Source: Octopus sinensis | Lineage: Eukaryota | Assembly: GCF_006345805.1 (NCBI RefSeq) | Contig: NC_043011.1 | Coordinates: forward strand, 26,672,464-26,736,463 | Direction of reading: 5' to 3' | DNA length: 64,000 nucleotides | Shown: positions 1 through 13,600 of the stretch, in pieces | Position numbering within the stretch: position 1 is the stretch's first letter | How the letters are laid out: every line of letters starts with the position of its first letter | Position numbers and translations under genes: made by a program | The notes under the pieces: model-generated | Seen by the model: the letters and a program-made list of their open reading frames with translations, nothing else | What the model was told of the DNA's origin: nothing | The model's database searches: none

Positions 1-38
<38 letters not shown>

Positions 39-572
39 TACTTAGTACATATAGGGTCTTGTGCCTATAATAAAACATTTCAAGGGGGAGTTTTTCTTGC
101 TTAATTTTTCTGAGTTCCTTTCTTCTCTCTCAGCATTTTATTTTAACATTTGCTTTCTTTTAAAATGACATTTGAAAATATTAATGACAGCTAGATATAT
201 CTTTGTGATGATTATTATTATTATTATTATTATTACTATTATCTAAGTCTTTTAGAATACACTGTTCACAGAATGAAAGGAAGAAAACAGAAAACTGAAT
301 GCATTTAATAATGATAGCAGAGGATTACAATTATATTTTATGTTTGGAAGTAATTAAGCTGAAGAGAAAATTCTTTTAATGTAGTTTATTTTATTTATTT
401 TTTTTTTTTTTGCATGCTTTTCATTGTTAGAATGAAGGAATCTGAAACAAACAAGCATTTAGCTCACGAAACTACTCCGTACCTGTTTAGCAAATAGTTT
501 TTATTTAATAGATGACATTTCTTAGTAAATGTTTGGAAATCATATGAACAAACTGGTTACCGTTTCTGTGTG

Positions 573-605
<33 letters not shown>

Positions 606-2079
606 TTCATCATCATCATCATCATCATCAAGATCTGTGTTCTAACATATTAACTCTTCTGCACCACTTTAATTTAATTTTTTTTTTGTTCTTCTCATTT
701 CAACATGATGTTGATACTCTCCTTAGGACAATATGATATTCACTCACCTGAATTTCAGCCTCTGGCTCCTACTTTAATCGATAGCAAGGGAGTAGAATTA
801 TTGTTTTCAAATGTAATTGAACTATAATTTATAGCACCATAGCTATGGAGTGAGATTGTCATGACTTTTTTTATTTTATTTTATTTTTTTTTATTATGAC
901 AACTGAATTCCTCCTGCTTAATTTTTTCCCCTGTAGGGAAATAAAAGGTGGAGTTTTTTTTAAAATAAAATATACAAGAAAAAAACAGTAAAAACAAGGT
1001 TTCAAAAATCTTCAGAAAGCCTCCATTGAATGAATTTCTGTCAACCATACATACTATGTCATCTAATGTTTACCCCTAAAATATTGTAATATAGTTTCCC
1101 TGTTTTCTCTCCTCTCTCTCTCTCTCTTCCCCTCTTACTATATAATTTTACTGTACCATTAATAACTAAAATGTTTTTTTGGCGTACCAGTGAAATTATT
1201 TTCTTGTATTTAGCCTTGTCACTAGCAAGATTGCTTTAAATGAAATGGAAGACTTGGAATTTAAGAAAAATATATATATGTGAACTTTGAACATCTGAGA
1301 AAAAAATCCCATTAAATTCCTATAGTACACTTCTATTATGGCTCTAAGAGAGAACATTGTATTATATTATATTCATTTGGACAAAGTTAATCAGCTTGAT
1401 TAAATATGTATACCACAGATCATTTGGACTTTATATATATATATATAGATAGATATATATGTATATATATATATCCTCTCACCTGCATATATGGAGAAAA
1501 AGTTGCTCGTATATTTAAAGAGTGCTATTCATCTTTTTCTGAATAAGTGAAAATTGGAACATTGGTCAATAATAGATCCTCCTCTTCTTCCTCCCATCCC
1601 CTTATCTTCCTCTTGGATGTGATTAAAAATTATTTACTGCATTGTTTGAAACTAGTTTTTTTTTTTTTTTTTTTTTCAACCTCATTGACAAATATGTTTA
1701 TATGTTATGTAATATCATTTAATGTGAGATGAATGGAAAAGGGGAAGAAAAAAAAAACTGTTGATATCAGTGGCAGCTCTGCATGACATTGGGTTGGTTT
1801 GAGTCAAAGAATATTTGTTGTGAGTGAGGCATGAAAAAGTAATAATTACAATATATGTATATACACACATACATATATATGTGTGTGTGTTTGTGTGTGT
1901 ATATATATATATGTGTATATGTAAATGCTGAATTGAGATCTATATCCAATGTACTTTGAATAAAACGTTACTTCCCCTTGATGCATTTGTGTAAGTAGAT
2001 TTTATTTAAATATACATATATATGTAATACATTCACACACATGTATATAGACATACATATATACATACACGTATACATA

Positions 2080-2146
<67 letters not shown>

Positions 2147-5100
2147 TAAAATTAAAAACAGAACACAAAGGATATTGCGGTACACATGTTTCAAGTTTTA
2201 TATGAAAAGTACATGTAGTATTACCCATTATTTTTATATGTATATATACTCATATATATATACTCATATATATATATATATATGGAAGATTTATAATGTA
2301 TAGCTTTATGGCTGGAAGATAGTAAATTTAATAATCCCAGTCATCACTATAAGAATATCAGATTTGGTTTAGTTCATAATGAATTTGTGTGCATACATAG
2401 GTAGTGAATAACCAGGAAGAAAATGCATTGTTCTTAAATGAGGCTAGAATAAGCCTGACAGTCAGTTAATATCAGTTGAACTATTTAATCATTTTGTATA
2501 AGTCGGAACAAACCTGAGTGATAGTCCAATCTATTGCACATTTTGTTGCTAATTAGATTTGTGAGTTTGGTCTTTATAATTAGTTAAAAATGGGTTTCCC
2601 ATCTCACACACGTCATTGAAATACCAAGTGTTCTGAACGATAACTTAATTTATTCAAATCTCTGTAGAAGATATTTGAATAAATTAACAAATTCAGAAAA
2701 AAGTATTTGAAGCTTTTTTTTTTCTTCTGATATATTGTCACAACACAGTATATCTTTGCCTATTTTGACATTAAATTGCTTAAAGACTGAACAGTGTAAA
2801 GCTAAGTTTTTTTGGGTTTTTTTTTTAATATATATTTATCTATATTTTGTATGCTTTCACCTATCTTTTACTGTTATATATGCATGAAATAATGTTACCA
2901 ATTATAGCTTGATTCCACTTTAAGGGAGGGAAGTAGCTAGAAGCATATGATTTCTGAAGAGATGTGTTTGTGTATATGGGGACAGATCAGGTTTATATTT
3001 TTATGTAAGGGATTAGCAACATATGTGTGGAAAGAGAAACATGATCAGACAGACTTGAACAGCGACTGGTATTGGTCTGTATCAGAAAGGTTTATTTTAT
3101 AGTATAAAATACCAATAAAACAGTGCAGTAAATTTGCCATGCGGCGTGGAAAATCCTCATTTTGCATAGTCCTTCTTCAAGGGAAAAGCTGAATGGGAGA
3201 AAATTAATGAGATACAGCAAATTTGCTGCTAGCTTTTTGTTGTTGTTGTTGTTGGTTTTTTTTTTCCTACTCTTAACTCTTTTACTTGTTTCAGTCATTT
3301 GACTGGCCATGCTGGAGCACCACCTTTAGTCAAGCAAATCTTTGTAAGCCTAGTACTTATTCTGTCAGTCTCTTTTGCTGAACCGTTAAGTAAACACACC
3401 AGCATCGGTTGTCAAGTGATGTTGGGGGGGACAAACACATACGACGGGCTTCTTTCAGTTTCCGTCTACCAAATCCACTCACAAGGCTTTGGTCGGCCCG
3501 AGGCTATAGTAGAAGATACTTGCCCAAGGTGCCATGTGGTTGGTAAGCAAACTGCTTACCTCACAGCCACTCCTACGCCTATATACGCTTATATACTTGA
3601 ATGTAAAAACTCTGCTGTCTCATTAATTTTTCTCTTTTGCCCCTTTAGAATTTAAAACTGGTCATATCTGGCCAAAATATTCTACCCATTTTCTGTTCAG
3701 ACTAACCTAATCTGGCCTCTCATACCTTGCATTATCATTTGTAAAATAAACTAAACAATCACAACGCTTTGGTCAGCCTGAGAATATAGTAGAAGATCCT
3801 TATCCCCAAAGTGCCATGTAGTGGGACTGAACCCAGAACCATGTGGTTGGGAAGCAAGCTTCTTACCACATAGCAACAAGAAAGATTTTATATATTGACT
3901 CAAGACTTTTTTTTTTTTTTTGTTAGAGACAGGTAATAAATTATTAAACTGACCCTGATATTAATATGCATTGGGATTTAAATTTGATTCATGCATTAAA
4001 TACTGATACGGTATTTTGTTCTCTTGGCTGATACTGCCACTTCATTGTCATGCTTTCACCATAATATTGTCATGTATTCACCATAATAAAAGGCTGTTGG
4101 ATACATTTAGTATCACTGGTTATATACTTAATCTCATAAGATTACAAGATCAGTGAATGACTACAAAAAAGAAGGAAAAAAGCCAGTGTTGTTTTTCAGT
4201 TTCAAATATGGACATGTTTGCTTTCTAGCTGTTTTCCCTAATATTTTTCTTCTCATGAAGTGCAAGTGTGGTTAAAAAATTTGAGTCCCAACTTTGTGGT
4301 TTCAGTTTTAGTACCACCACCTGATACTTTTGGGTGAGTATTTTCTACAGCGCCACTGTTGACCAAGGCCTTGTAAGTGTATTTGTTTGACAGAAACTAA
4401 AATAAGCCTGTCAATGAATGTATGACTGTGTCTTATTATCATACAAGCAATAAAGGCGGCAAGCTCGCAGAATTGTTAGTGTGACAAGCAAAATGCTTAG
4501 TGGTATTTTACCCTTCACTATGTTCTGAGTTCAAATTCTGCCGAGGTTGACTTCGCCTTTTGTCCTTTTGGGGGTTGATTAAATAAGTACCAGTTACACA
4601 TTGGGATTGATGTAATCGACTAAATCCCCTCCCCCAAGCTGCCCTTGTGGCAAAAATTTGAAATTATTATACAAGCAATATATTATATAAGTGGTGAGCT
4701 GGCAGAATCATTAGTGATGGCCAGTATGCTTAGTGGCATTTCATCTATCCTTACATTCTCAGTTCGAATTCTGCCGGGGTTGATAAAATAAGTACCGGTT
4801 GAGTACTGGGGTCAATGGAATCGACTATCCCTCTTCCCTAAAATTTCAGGTCTTGTGCCTATAATAGAAAGGATTATTATACAAGCAATATCATTCATAT
4901 CCAGTATCCTGCTGGATTTTGATCGAGAAATATTACCTTGCTTGGAAACGGGTGAGGGTTGGTGACGGGAAGGGCATCTGGCTGTAGAACATCTGCCTCA
5001 AACTCCATTCAGTCAATGCATGATGATTTTGATTTCTATCACCTTTGAAAGTACTTTTCTTAAAGAATACAATTATTTTTTTAATGTCTTACTGGTTTCA

Positions 5101-5271
5101 GTATTTGAGCTTCAGCCATGCCTTCAAAGCTTTTAGCCCATTTATTAATCCTAGTACTTTCCCAATTATTTATCAACCAAATGGTTAAAGACTCATTTGT
5201 TTAAAGAGACACATAATAAACACCACAAGGTACTTATAATTCAACAGATCAGTTTATTGTTAATTCCTTAA

Positions 5272-6291
5272 CCCTTTCGTTACCAAACGGCCCGAAAAAA
5301 ATTTTGGTTAATGTGACCAAGCCGCCCGAATTTACTTATTCATATTTAAATGAGAATATCAGAGCAAATCTCTTTAGTACATTCGTGAAAACACGTATTA
5401 TACTTCGTAAACAGTTCAACTACAGTTTTGTACAATAATCGAAGTGTAATTTTAATTCCGTGAATTTTGAGAGATTTTTTTCCGAAATTTGTTCCTGTTG
5501 TGTTTTCAAAATTTGTAATTCTGACAAAAAATGGATACGAATTTCATTATATCAAGCAGCGAGTCAGAATTCGAAGGATTTTCTACTGAAGACCTTCATA
5601 AATCTAACTCTATGACTGAAAAAAAAAAGCACATGGTATTTGATAATGAATCTGATGTTTCATTTTCCGAAAGTGAAAACAGTGAATTCAAGAGCTCCGA
5701 CAGCGATAAAGAAAACGAATTGGCACCTGAATGGAGTGAAAATTTAAAAACTGTTTCTTTCGGTGATTTTTCTGAAGAAACTGGACCAAGCCACAGACTT
5801 TCCCAGAGGAGTAAAGCCTTAGACTATTTCTTTTTACTTTTTCGAATGAGCCCATTTTAAATCATTACGGCGAAAACGAACCGTTACGCTAAACGTAAAC
5901 AAAGCGAAAGAAAGGATAGTTTGTGGTTTCCCATAACCTTAAATGAAATTAAGACTATTTTGCCGTAAATATTATGAGTATCAGAAAGTTACCCAGAATA
6001 ACAAATTCTGTCGTAAAATTTTGTTGTATACCCAATTGAATATTAGCTAATAACCCATTTTCTATAGCGATATTTGAACAAAATTTTAATTTTATATTTT
6101 GTTGAATTTACCTGTATCTACCTGTAATTAGAGTCACTTTGTGACAAAAATTATAGTATAGAATTGGTTGAGAATATTTCATTAAATTATCTTCCAAAAA
6201 TCAGATTAATATATTGATAAATAAAAAAGTTATAGTTGTTTAATGAAACCAGACTAAATTTATGATTACGTTAGAAATAGTAACGAAAGGG
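5272..6291 (+). mobile_element. piggyBac internally deleted element with pseudogenised transposase N-terminus
   Basis: TTAA on both sides (5268-5271, 6292-6295); TIR CCCTTTCGTTAC. Acidic S/E-rich ORF 5531-5860, then past one stop in the same frame IITAKTNRYA...LWFPITLNEIK (piggyBac/PGBD TNxYA..W motif). Confidence 0.9.
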
Positions 6292-7369
6292 TTAATGATG
6301 GATTTTCACAGTTCCTGGTTTCTAAATTCCACTCACAAGATGACATCCAATATGCCATGTAGAGGTTTCTCACTCAGGACCATGTAGTTGTGGAGCAGAC
6401 TTTATAACCACCTAGTTATATATGTTTATGTGTGTGTGTGTGTATATATTTGAGAATATGAATCGGAGTGGCTTCTCTGATAATTTTTTCCACTTTAATC
6501 ATTGTTTAACATCAACTGTCTATGCTGGCATGGGTTGGACTGTTTGATATGGAACTGTCTGTTGAGACATGGTTTCTACAACTGGATGCCCTTTCTAATG
6601 CTGACCACTTAACAGAGTGTGTTGGGTGCTTTTTATGTGGCCCCTGAAAGGACAAGCTTGTATGTGTGGAAGACAGCGATTTTTACTTAGCTTGGCCTGT
6701 CTTATCAAGTATAGCAAATCACCACAACTCCCAGTCCCTTGTCATTTTTCTCAGTGAAGCCCAGTGTCCAAAGATCCTGTCTCACCACTTTGTCCTACGT
6801 CTACCCCTTCCACAATTAGAGCTTGGCGCTTCTTTATGCAGTTGTCTTCATCTGTTTGCCTCACATGACCAAACCAGCACAGTCTTCACTCTTGCACACA
6901 TGATGCCTCTTATACCCAGTTTTCCTCATAAGTCACCTACGCTGTCATGTGTGCACACTGACATTACCCATCCAGCAGAGCATGCTAGCTTCATTCCTTT
7001 CAAGCCATCACAAGTTCTCTGTAGTTAAAGCCCATGTTTCACTGTCATGTACATACACAGGCTTCAATCTGCTTTTCACTCTGAGGGATAGGCCTTGCAG
7101 AGTGAAAGGGCTATGATTAGATGTTTACAAATTATATCATATGTAAATTCCGCCGAGGTCAACTTTGCCTTTCATCCTTTTGGGGTTGATAATTTAAGTA
7201 CCAGTTACGCACTGGGGGTCAATGTAATCGACTTAATCCCTTTGTCTGTCCTTGTTTGCCCCCTCTATATTTAGCCCCTTGTGGGCAATAAAGCAATAAA
7301 ATGGTAGAAATATAACTATTATTGTGTGCTTGACTTAAAGTAGATTTGAACCTTCACTTTACTTTGAAT

Positions 7370-7712
7370 CAGTGGTTCTCAACTGGGGTCCCTACGATCT
7401 CAGGGGTGGGGGAACACAAGCAAAATAGTAAATTGGGGATCCACAGTAATATCTTAAGGATCCATGAAAAAAATTTTTGCTGTAGATGTATTTATTGCAA
7501 GAAATAGTTAGGTTTCTTTCTCTTATGCTTTACATGTTCTCTCAGAGAGTGCTTTTGAAAACATACACAAGTGAACATGTGAAAAAGAAAAAAGGAATTT
7601 TGAAAGAAATATCTATAAAACTAGTTTTTAAACACTGAATGATTATGGGGGGTCCACCAGAATAAAATTGTAATTAAAAGGGTCATAGGTAAAAAAAAAT
7701 TGAGAACTACAG
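7370..7712. mobile_element. hAT/Charlie-type MITE
   Basis: CAGTGGTTCTCAA ... TTGAGAACTACAG; degenerate 8-bp TSD ctttgaat/ttttaaat. Confidence 0.7.
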
Positions 7713-10521
7713 TTTTAAATGAAAGATGGAAGACATCACGAGGAAAAAAAAAACCTTTCCATAAATCATCATCGTTTAACGTCCGTTCTCCATGCTAGCA
7801 TGGGTTGGACAATACAAAATTCTTCACAACCATGTGGTTTCAGGTTCAGTACCACTGCATGGTATCTTGCCCTGCAGCTCGCTGAATCCTACGAAACCAT
7901 CCAATCCATGCCAGCATGGAAAACAGACATTTAATGATGATGATGATGATGCATGAGGGGACAGGTCATTACTGCCCATATCTTGCACACATACACAGCA
8001 ACAAAGAAAACCCATCAGCTCTGGTGCTGGGTGTTAGCAGTGTGAACTGAGCACATTTTATCAAGCCATCATTTAGAGATTGCTCCAATGCAGGGAGGAC
8101 CAAAAACCATCTACCCTGCACCAGTTCTTGCTTGGAGTTACTACTCTCCTAAATGCTCAGCTTGTGATTTATCTATTTTCTGGATTCCACCCTTCACATG
8201 TTCATTCCATTTTCAGCATGGATCCTTAATGAATCATGATATAACAAACGAATTGTGCTACTTTCGAAATTATTTTTTTATAGATTCTTTTCTTTGACTA
8301 CCAAACGATTGTATAGTGTAGCGGAAATGGCCAAGAGATGGACTCATTGCTTTACTCTATCTACTCTTAATATTCAGAGTACAGATGGTTGTGCCATTGG
8401 AGCTGCACACCTAGAGTTTGGTAGATCAGATCTTGTCATTAATGCTGTATGTCTATGGCCAAGACACTTAACTTTAACCTTTAGGCATTCAGATTATTCT
8501 TTTTTTTATTTATTCACATTCATCATCATTGTTTAACGTCCACATTCCATGCGAGCATGGGTTGGACGATTTGACTGAGGACTGGCGAACCAGATGGCTG
8601 CACCAGGCTCCAATCTGATCTGGCAGTTTCTACAGCTGGATGCCCTACCTAATGCCAACCACTCCGAGAGTGTAGTGGGTGCTCTTACGAGCCACTGGCA
8701 CCAGGGCCAGTCAGGTGGTACTGGCAATGGCCATGCTCAAATGGTGTTTTTTACATGCCACCTGCACAGAAGCCAGTCCAGCAGCACTGGCAACGACCTC
8801 GCTCGAATGCTTTCCACGTGCCACCGACATGGAAGCCAGTCAGCTGCTCTGGTAATGATCATGCTCGGGTGGTGCTCTTAGCATTTCACTTGCTTCAACA
8901 GGTCTTTGCAAGCAAAGATTAGTGTCCAATGAAGGAAAGGTATGCATAAGTGGGCTGGTTACACCCCTAGCATAGGCCACAGGTTATGGTCTCACTTGGC
9001 TTGCCGGGTCTTCTTACGCACTGCATATTTCCAAGGGTCTCGGTCACTAGTCATTGCCTCAGTAAGGCCTGATGTTCAAAGGTCATGCTCCACCACATCC
9101 CAGGTCTTCCTCTTCCACAGGTTCCCTCAACTGCTAGGGTGTGGTACTTTTTCACACAGCTATCTTCATCCATTCTCACCACATGACCATACCAACGCAG
9201 TCATCTCCCTTGCACACCACATCTGATACTTCTAACTATTTTGAATTGATCATGCATCATGTCATAGCTTTGAGATTTCAGTGGTGTGATTGTTTATTTC
9301 TGGAATGATATTTTTGGGTAGGTGTGAGAGGTCAGATCTGGTTGGTTTGAACCTTAGACCCTGATCAAAGCCTTGTCAGTGGATTTGGTAGACTGAAACT
9401 GAAAGAAGCCCAATGTATGTGTGTGTTTTTGCGTTTGCCCTCCTACTACCACCTATTTCTTAACTACCCACAAGAGGATAAACACAGAGAGGACAAACAA
9501 GGACAGACACATGGATTAAGTCGATTACATCGACCCGTAACTGGTACTTTATTTATCGACCCCGAAAGGATGAAAGGCAAAGTTGACCTCAGAACGTAAC
9601 GGCAGATGAAATACAGCTACGCATTTCGCCCGGCATGCTAACGATTCTGCCAGCTACTACCACCACCACCATCACTGGTGTTGATTTATGTTCCTGTAAC
9701 ATAGCATTTTGGCAAAAAGAGACTGATAGAATAAGTATCAAGTTTTAAAGTAAGTATTAGAGTTGATTTGATCAACTAAACCTTTCAAGCAATGTAACTA
9801 CAAATGTACTGTGTGGTAAGAAGTTTGCTTCCCTAACACGTGTCTTTGTGTCTGTATTTGCCCCCCCCCCCCACCGCTTGACAACCATTGTTGGTGTGTT
9901 TACATCCCCATAACTTAGCAGTTCAGCAAAAGATACCAAAAGATTTTTTCTTTCTTTGGACTTTTTTGTTCTTTTTCGATGAAGAGCTATACACCAAATG
10001 CCCAAAATTCTCCCTTTTTACTGAGTGTCAAATTAACACATCCCATGTGCACAGGCTCTTGTTGTTCGGTATTCCTTAAAGTTCATTTATTCAATGTTTG
10101 ACTATATATATATGTATAAACACAGGCAAAGTGTGGCTGTGTGATAAGAAGCTTGCTTCCCAACGATGTGGTTTCGGGTTGAGTCCCACTGTGTGGAACC
10201 TTGGCCAAGGGTCTTCTACTATGGCCTTGAGCCAACCAAAGCCTTGTGAGTGAATTTGGTAGATGGAAACTTATACAAGTCCATCATATACATATATGTG
10301 TGTGTGTGTCTTTATATCTAATCTCCTCCACTGCATGACAACTAGTGTTGGTGTATTTATGTCCTTGTAACTTAACAGTTCGGCAAAGGAGACCAATATA
10401 AGTACCAGGCTTATAAAAATAAGTCCTGGGTCGATTTGCTCGACTAAAACCATACAAGGTGGTGCCCCAGCATGGCTGCAAATGACTGAACAAGTAAAAG
10501 ATGAAGATAAAAAAGAAAGAT

Positions 10522-10693
10522 TTATTCGTCTCTTTTCTGAGCAAGAGCAATTTGCACCATTTGAATAATTCCATCATATGTCTTGTTTCCACCTATGAAA
10601 CCTCCTGCATGGACAAAAATACACCCTTTAATACCACTTTTTTCACTCAGTTCTTCATTTCGCAATCCACGCCATTCATCAGGGAGAGACAGT
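10522..10693 (-). CDS. MYG1: MYG1 last coding exon ([56 protein letters not shown])
   Basis: Acceptor ttcttcttgcag; TAA at 10524-10522; conserved C-terminal motifs. Confidence 0.96.
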
Positions 10694-13600
10694 CTGCAAG
10701 AAGAAAAGAAAAAGGAGAGGATAAATTTTGAATTTTGAAAAAATGAAAAAGAGTTAGAATTAAAACAGTTTTGAAAAGATTTTTGGATATCAGCCTACAG
10801 AAAACACAGTAAATGATAAGTATTCAGTTGTTTGATTAAATGAACTACCTGTTATAAAACCTGCATATTAATGGCTGAGTATTCCACAGACATGTGCATT
10901 CTTAACATAGTTGTCAAGCAGATTCAATGTGACAAGGCTGGGTCTTTGAATTACAGATACGACACATCTAAAAGTTTTTGCCAACCCACTTCTTCTAACA
11001 AGGCTTAGGATAACCAACACTCATCATCATCATTGTTTAACATCCGCTTTCCATGCTAGCATGGGTTGGACGATTTGACTGACGATTTGAACCAGATGGC
11101 TGCACCAGACTCCAATCTGATCTGGTAGAGTTTCTACAGCTGGATGCCCTTCCTAATGCCAACCACTCCGAGTGTAGTGGGTGCTTTTATGTGCCACCGG
11201 CATGTGGGCCAGTCAGGCGGTACTGTCAATGGCCACTCTCAAATGGTGCTTTTTATGTGCCACCTGCACAGGAGCCAGTCCAGCGGCACTGGCAACGACC
11301 TCGATCGAATGTTTTTTCACGTGCCACCAGCACAAGTGCCAGTAAGGCGACGCAGGTAACAATCACACTCAAATGGTGCTTTTTACATGACACTGGCATG
11401 GAGGCCAGCTTGTTGCTCTGGCAACGATCACGCTCGTATGGTACTCTTAGCGGTCCACTAGCATGGATGCCAGTCATTGAATTTAATTTCGATTTCACTT
11501 GCCTCAACAGGTCTTTGCAAGCAGAGTATAGTGTCCAATGGAGGAAAGGTACACATAAGTAGGCTGGTTACACCCCTGGCACAGGCCACACTAACTTCTT
11601 TTATCTTTTACTTCAGTCATTAGACCGTGGCCATGCTGGGGCACACACATATGATGGGCTTCTTTCAGTTTTTGTCTATCAGATTCACACCTAAGGCTTT
11701 AGTCAACATGGGGCTATAGCAGAAGACGCTATAAGTGCCATGCAGAAAGACTGAACCCAGAACCAAACTTTTCAACTACATAACCATGCCTGTGCCTTCA
11801 TAAACAGTGAATGTTGTAAAAACAAATTTCTTACCGATTAGTGAAAGATCCCAATTCTACAGGAACACACATAATACGCCAACAGCCATTTTGGTCAGTG
11901 AAGAGAACATATTTTATCTTTGGACTTATATCCATTTCTTGTTCTAATGAAAGTACATGGTCTTTCCATGGACAACCACCATTCTTTAGTAAGAGAACCT
12001 CTCCACTTTTGTCAACCTGGAGAGAAAATATTAATAAAGAATAAGCATTAATTGTTAGTTTAGCAAACATCTTTGTATTTTCCCTAAGCATTTGTGCGTG
12101 TGTGTGTTTGTAACTTTTATCTTTTACTTGGTTCAGTCATTAGACCACAGCCATGCTGCAGCATCACCTTGGCGAATTTATTTTTAGTCTAATGTATCAA
12201 CTTCAGTATTTATTTTATCGGTTTCTTTTGCTGAACAACTAAATTACGGGGACATGAACACACCATCACCAGTTGTCAATCAGTGAGGGTAGGGGGGAGC
12301 AATCACAGACACAAACACACACATACAGGTTCCATCTACTAAATCCACTCACAAGGCTTTGGCCAATCTGAGGCTATAGTTGAAGACATTTGCCCAAGGT
12401 GCCATGCAGTGGAGCTGTACATGGAACCATGTGGTTGGGAAGCAAGCTTCTTTTTTCTTTATTGCCCACAAGGGGCTAAACATAGAGGGGACGAACAAGG
12501 ACAGAAAAAGGGATTAAGTCGATTACATCGACCCCAGTGCGTAACTGGTACTTAATTTATCAACCCCAAAAGGATGAAAGGCAAAGTTGACCTTGGCGGA
12601 ATTTGAACTCAGAACGTAACGGCAGACAAAATACCGCAAAGCATTTTGCCTAGCGTGCTAACGTTTCTGCCAGCTTCTTACCACACAGCCACACCTGGAA
12701 GGTATCAAATATGAACAATGAGTGTGTGAGGGCACATGGCCAAGTAGTTAGGTTGTACTCATGGTTACAGTTTCAATCCCTGGACTGAGCGATGTATTGT
12801 GTTCTTGAGTAAAGAATTTCATCTCACATTGCTCTGCAATCACTTTGACTCCTGACATGTGCTACACCATGCACCTGTACAGGTAATGTTGATTTGACAA
12901 AGGGAGTGAGCTGACGTACAGTGCAAACGTTTGATCATTATAAACAAATCGCCTGTGCAGGTTGTTCAGCGAAAAGTTGCAGAACCCACATCCTTGAATA
13001 AACTGTAATACATACATTATGATTTTCTATTCATTTGTACACACACACAAATGATTTATCATTGATATAAAATCTATAAAGAAATGAATTTAAAATCTTA
13101 TAAACAAAACAAACCTCGTATCTTTCTTCTATTGCTTGTTTGACAATTTTTCTTGCAGGAATCCATGAATTCTTATAAAATGTCACTCGCTCAAGAAATT
13201 CACTGCCAACTAGCTCCATAGCTTTCTTAAACTGATCCTGGAGGAGATTTTAAAAGATGTTACAAAATAAAAAAATTTTTTTTGTCTTTGGTCAATAAGT
13301 GTTATTTCTTATTTGCTTCTATCTAGAAATCAAAGGAAATGATTACTATTTCCTTCAAACTTTGCTTTTAGTGATCTGGACATCAATGTTTTGAAACTGA
13401 CCAATTTTCCATTATATTTCAGACAAATTCATCTTTAAGTTGCTGAAGCAGAAATATCTTTATAACAAATATTCTGCTCAATATCACAGATTTGCTTGTC
13501 AGTTGCTTGATCTTAATCACTTGAGCATGTCCCTTAGTGGTGATAATATGTGCATCTCTAATTATGAGCAGCAGTAGTGGGGGAGCATCATAGCCATGTG

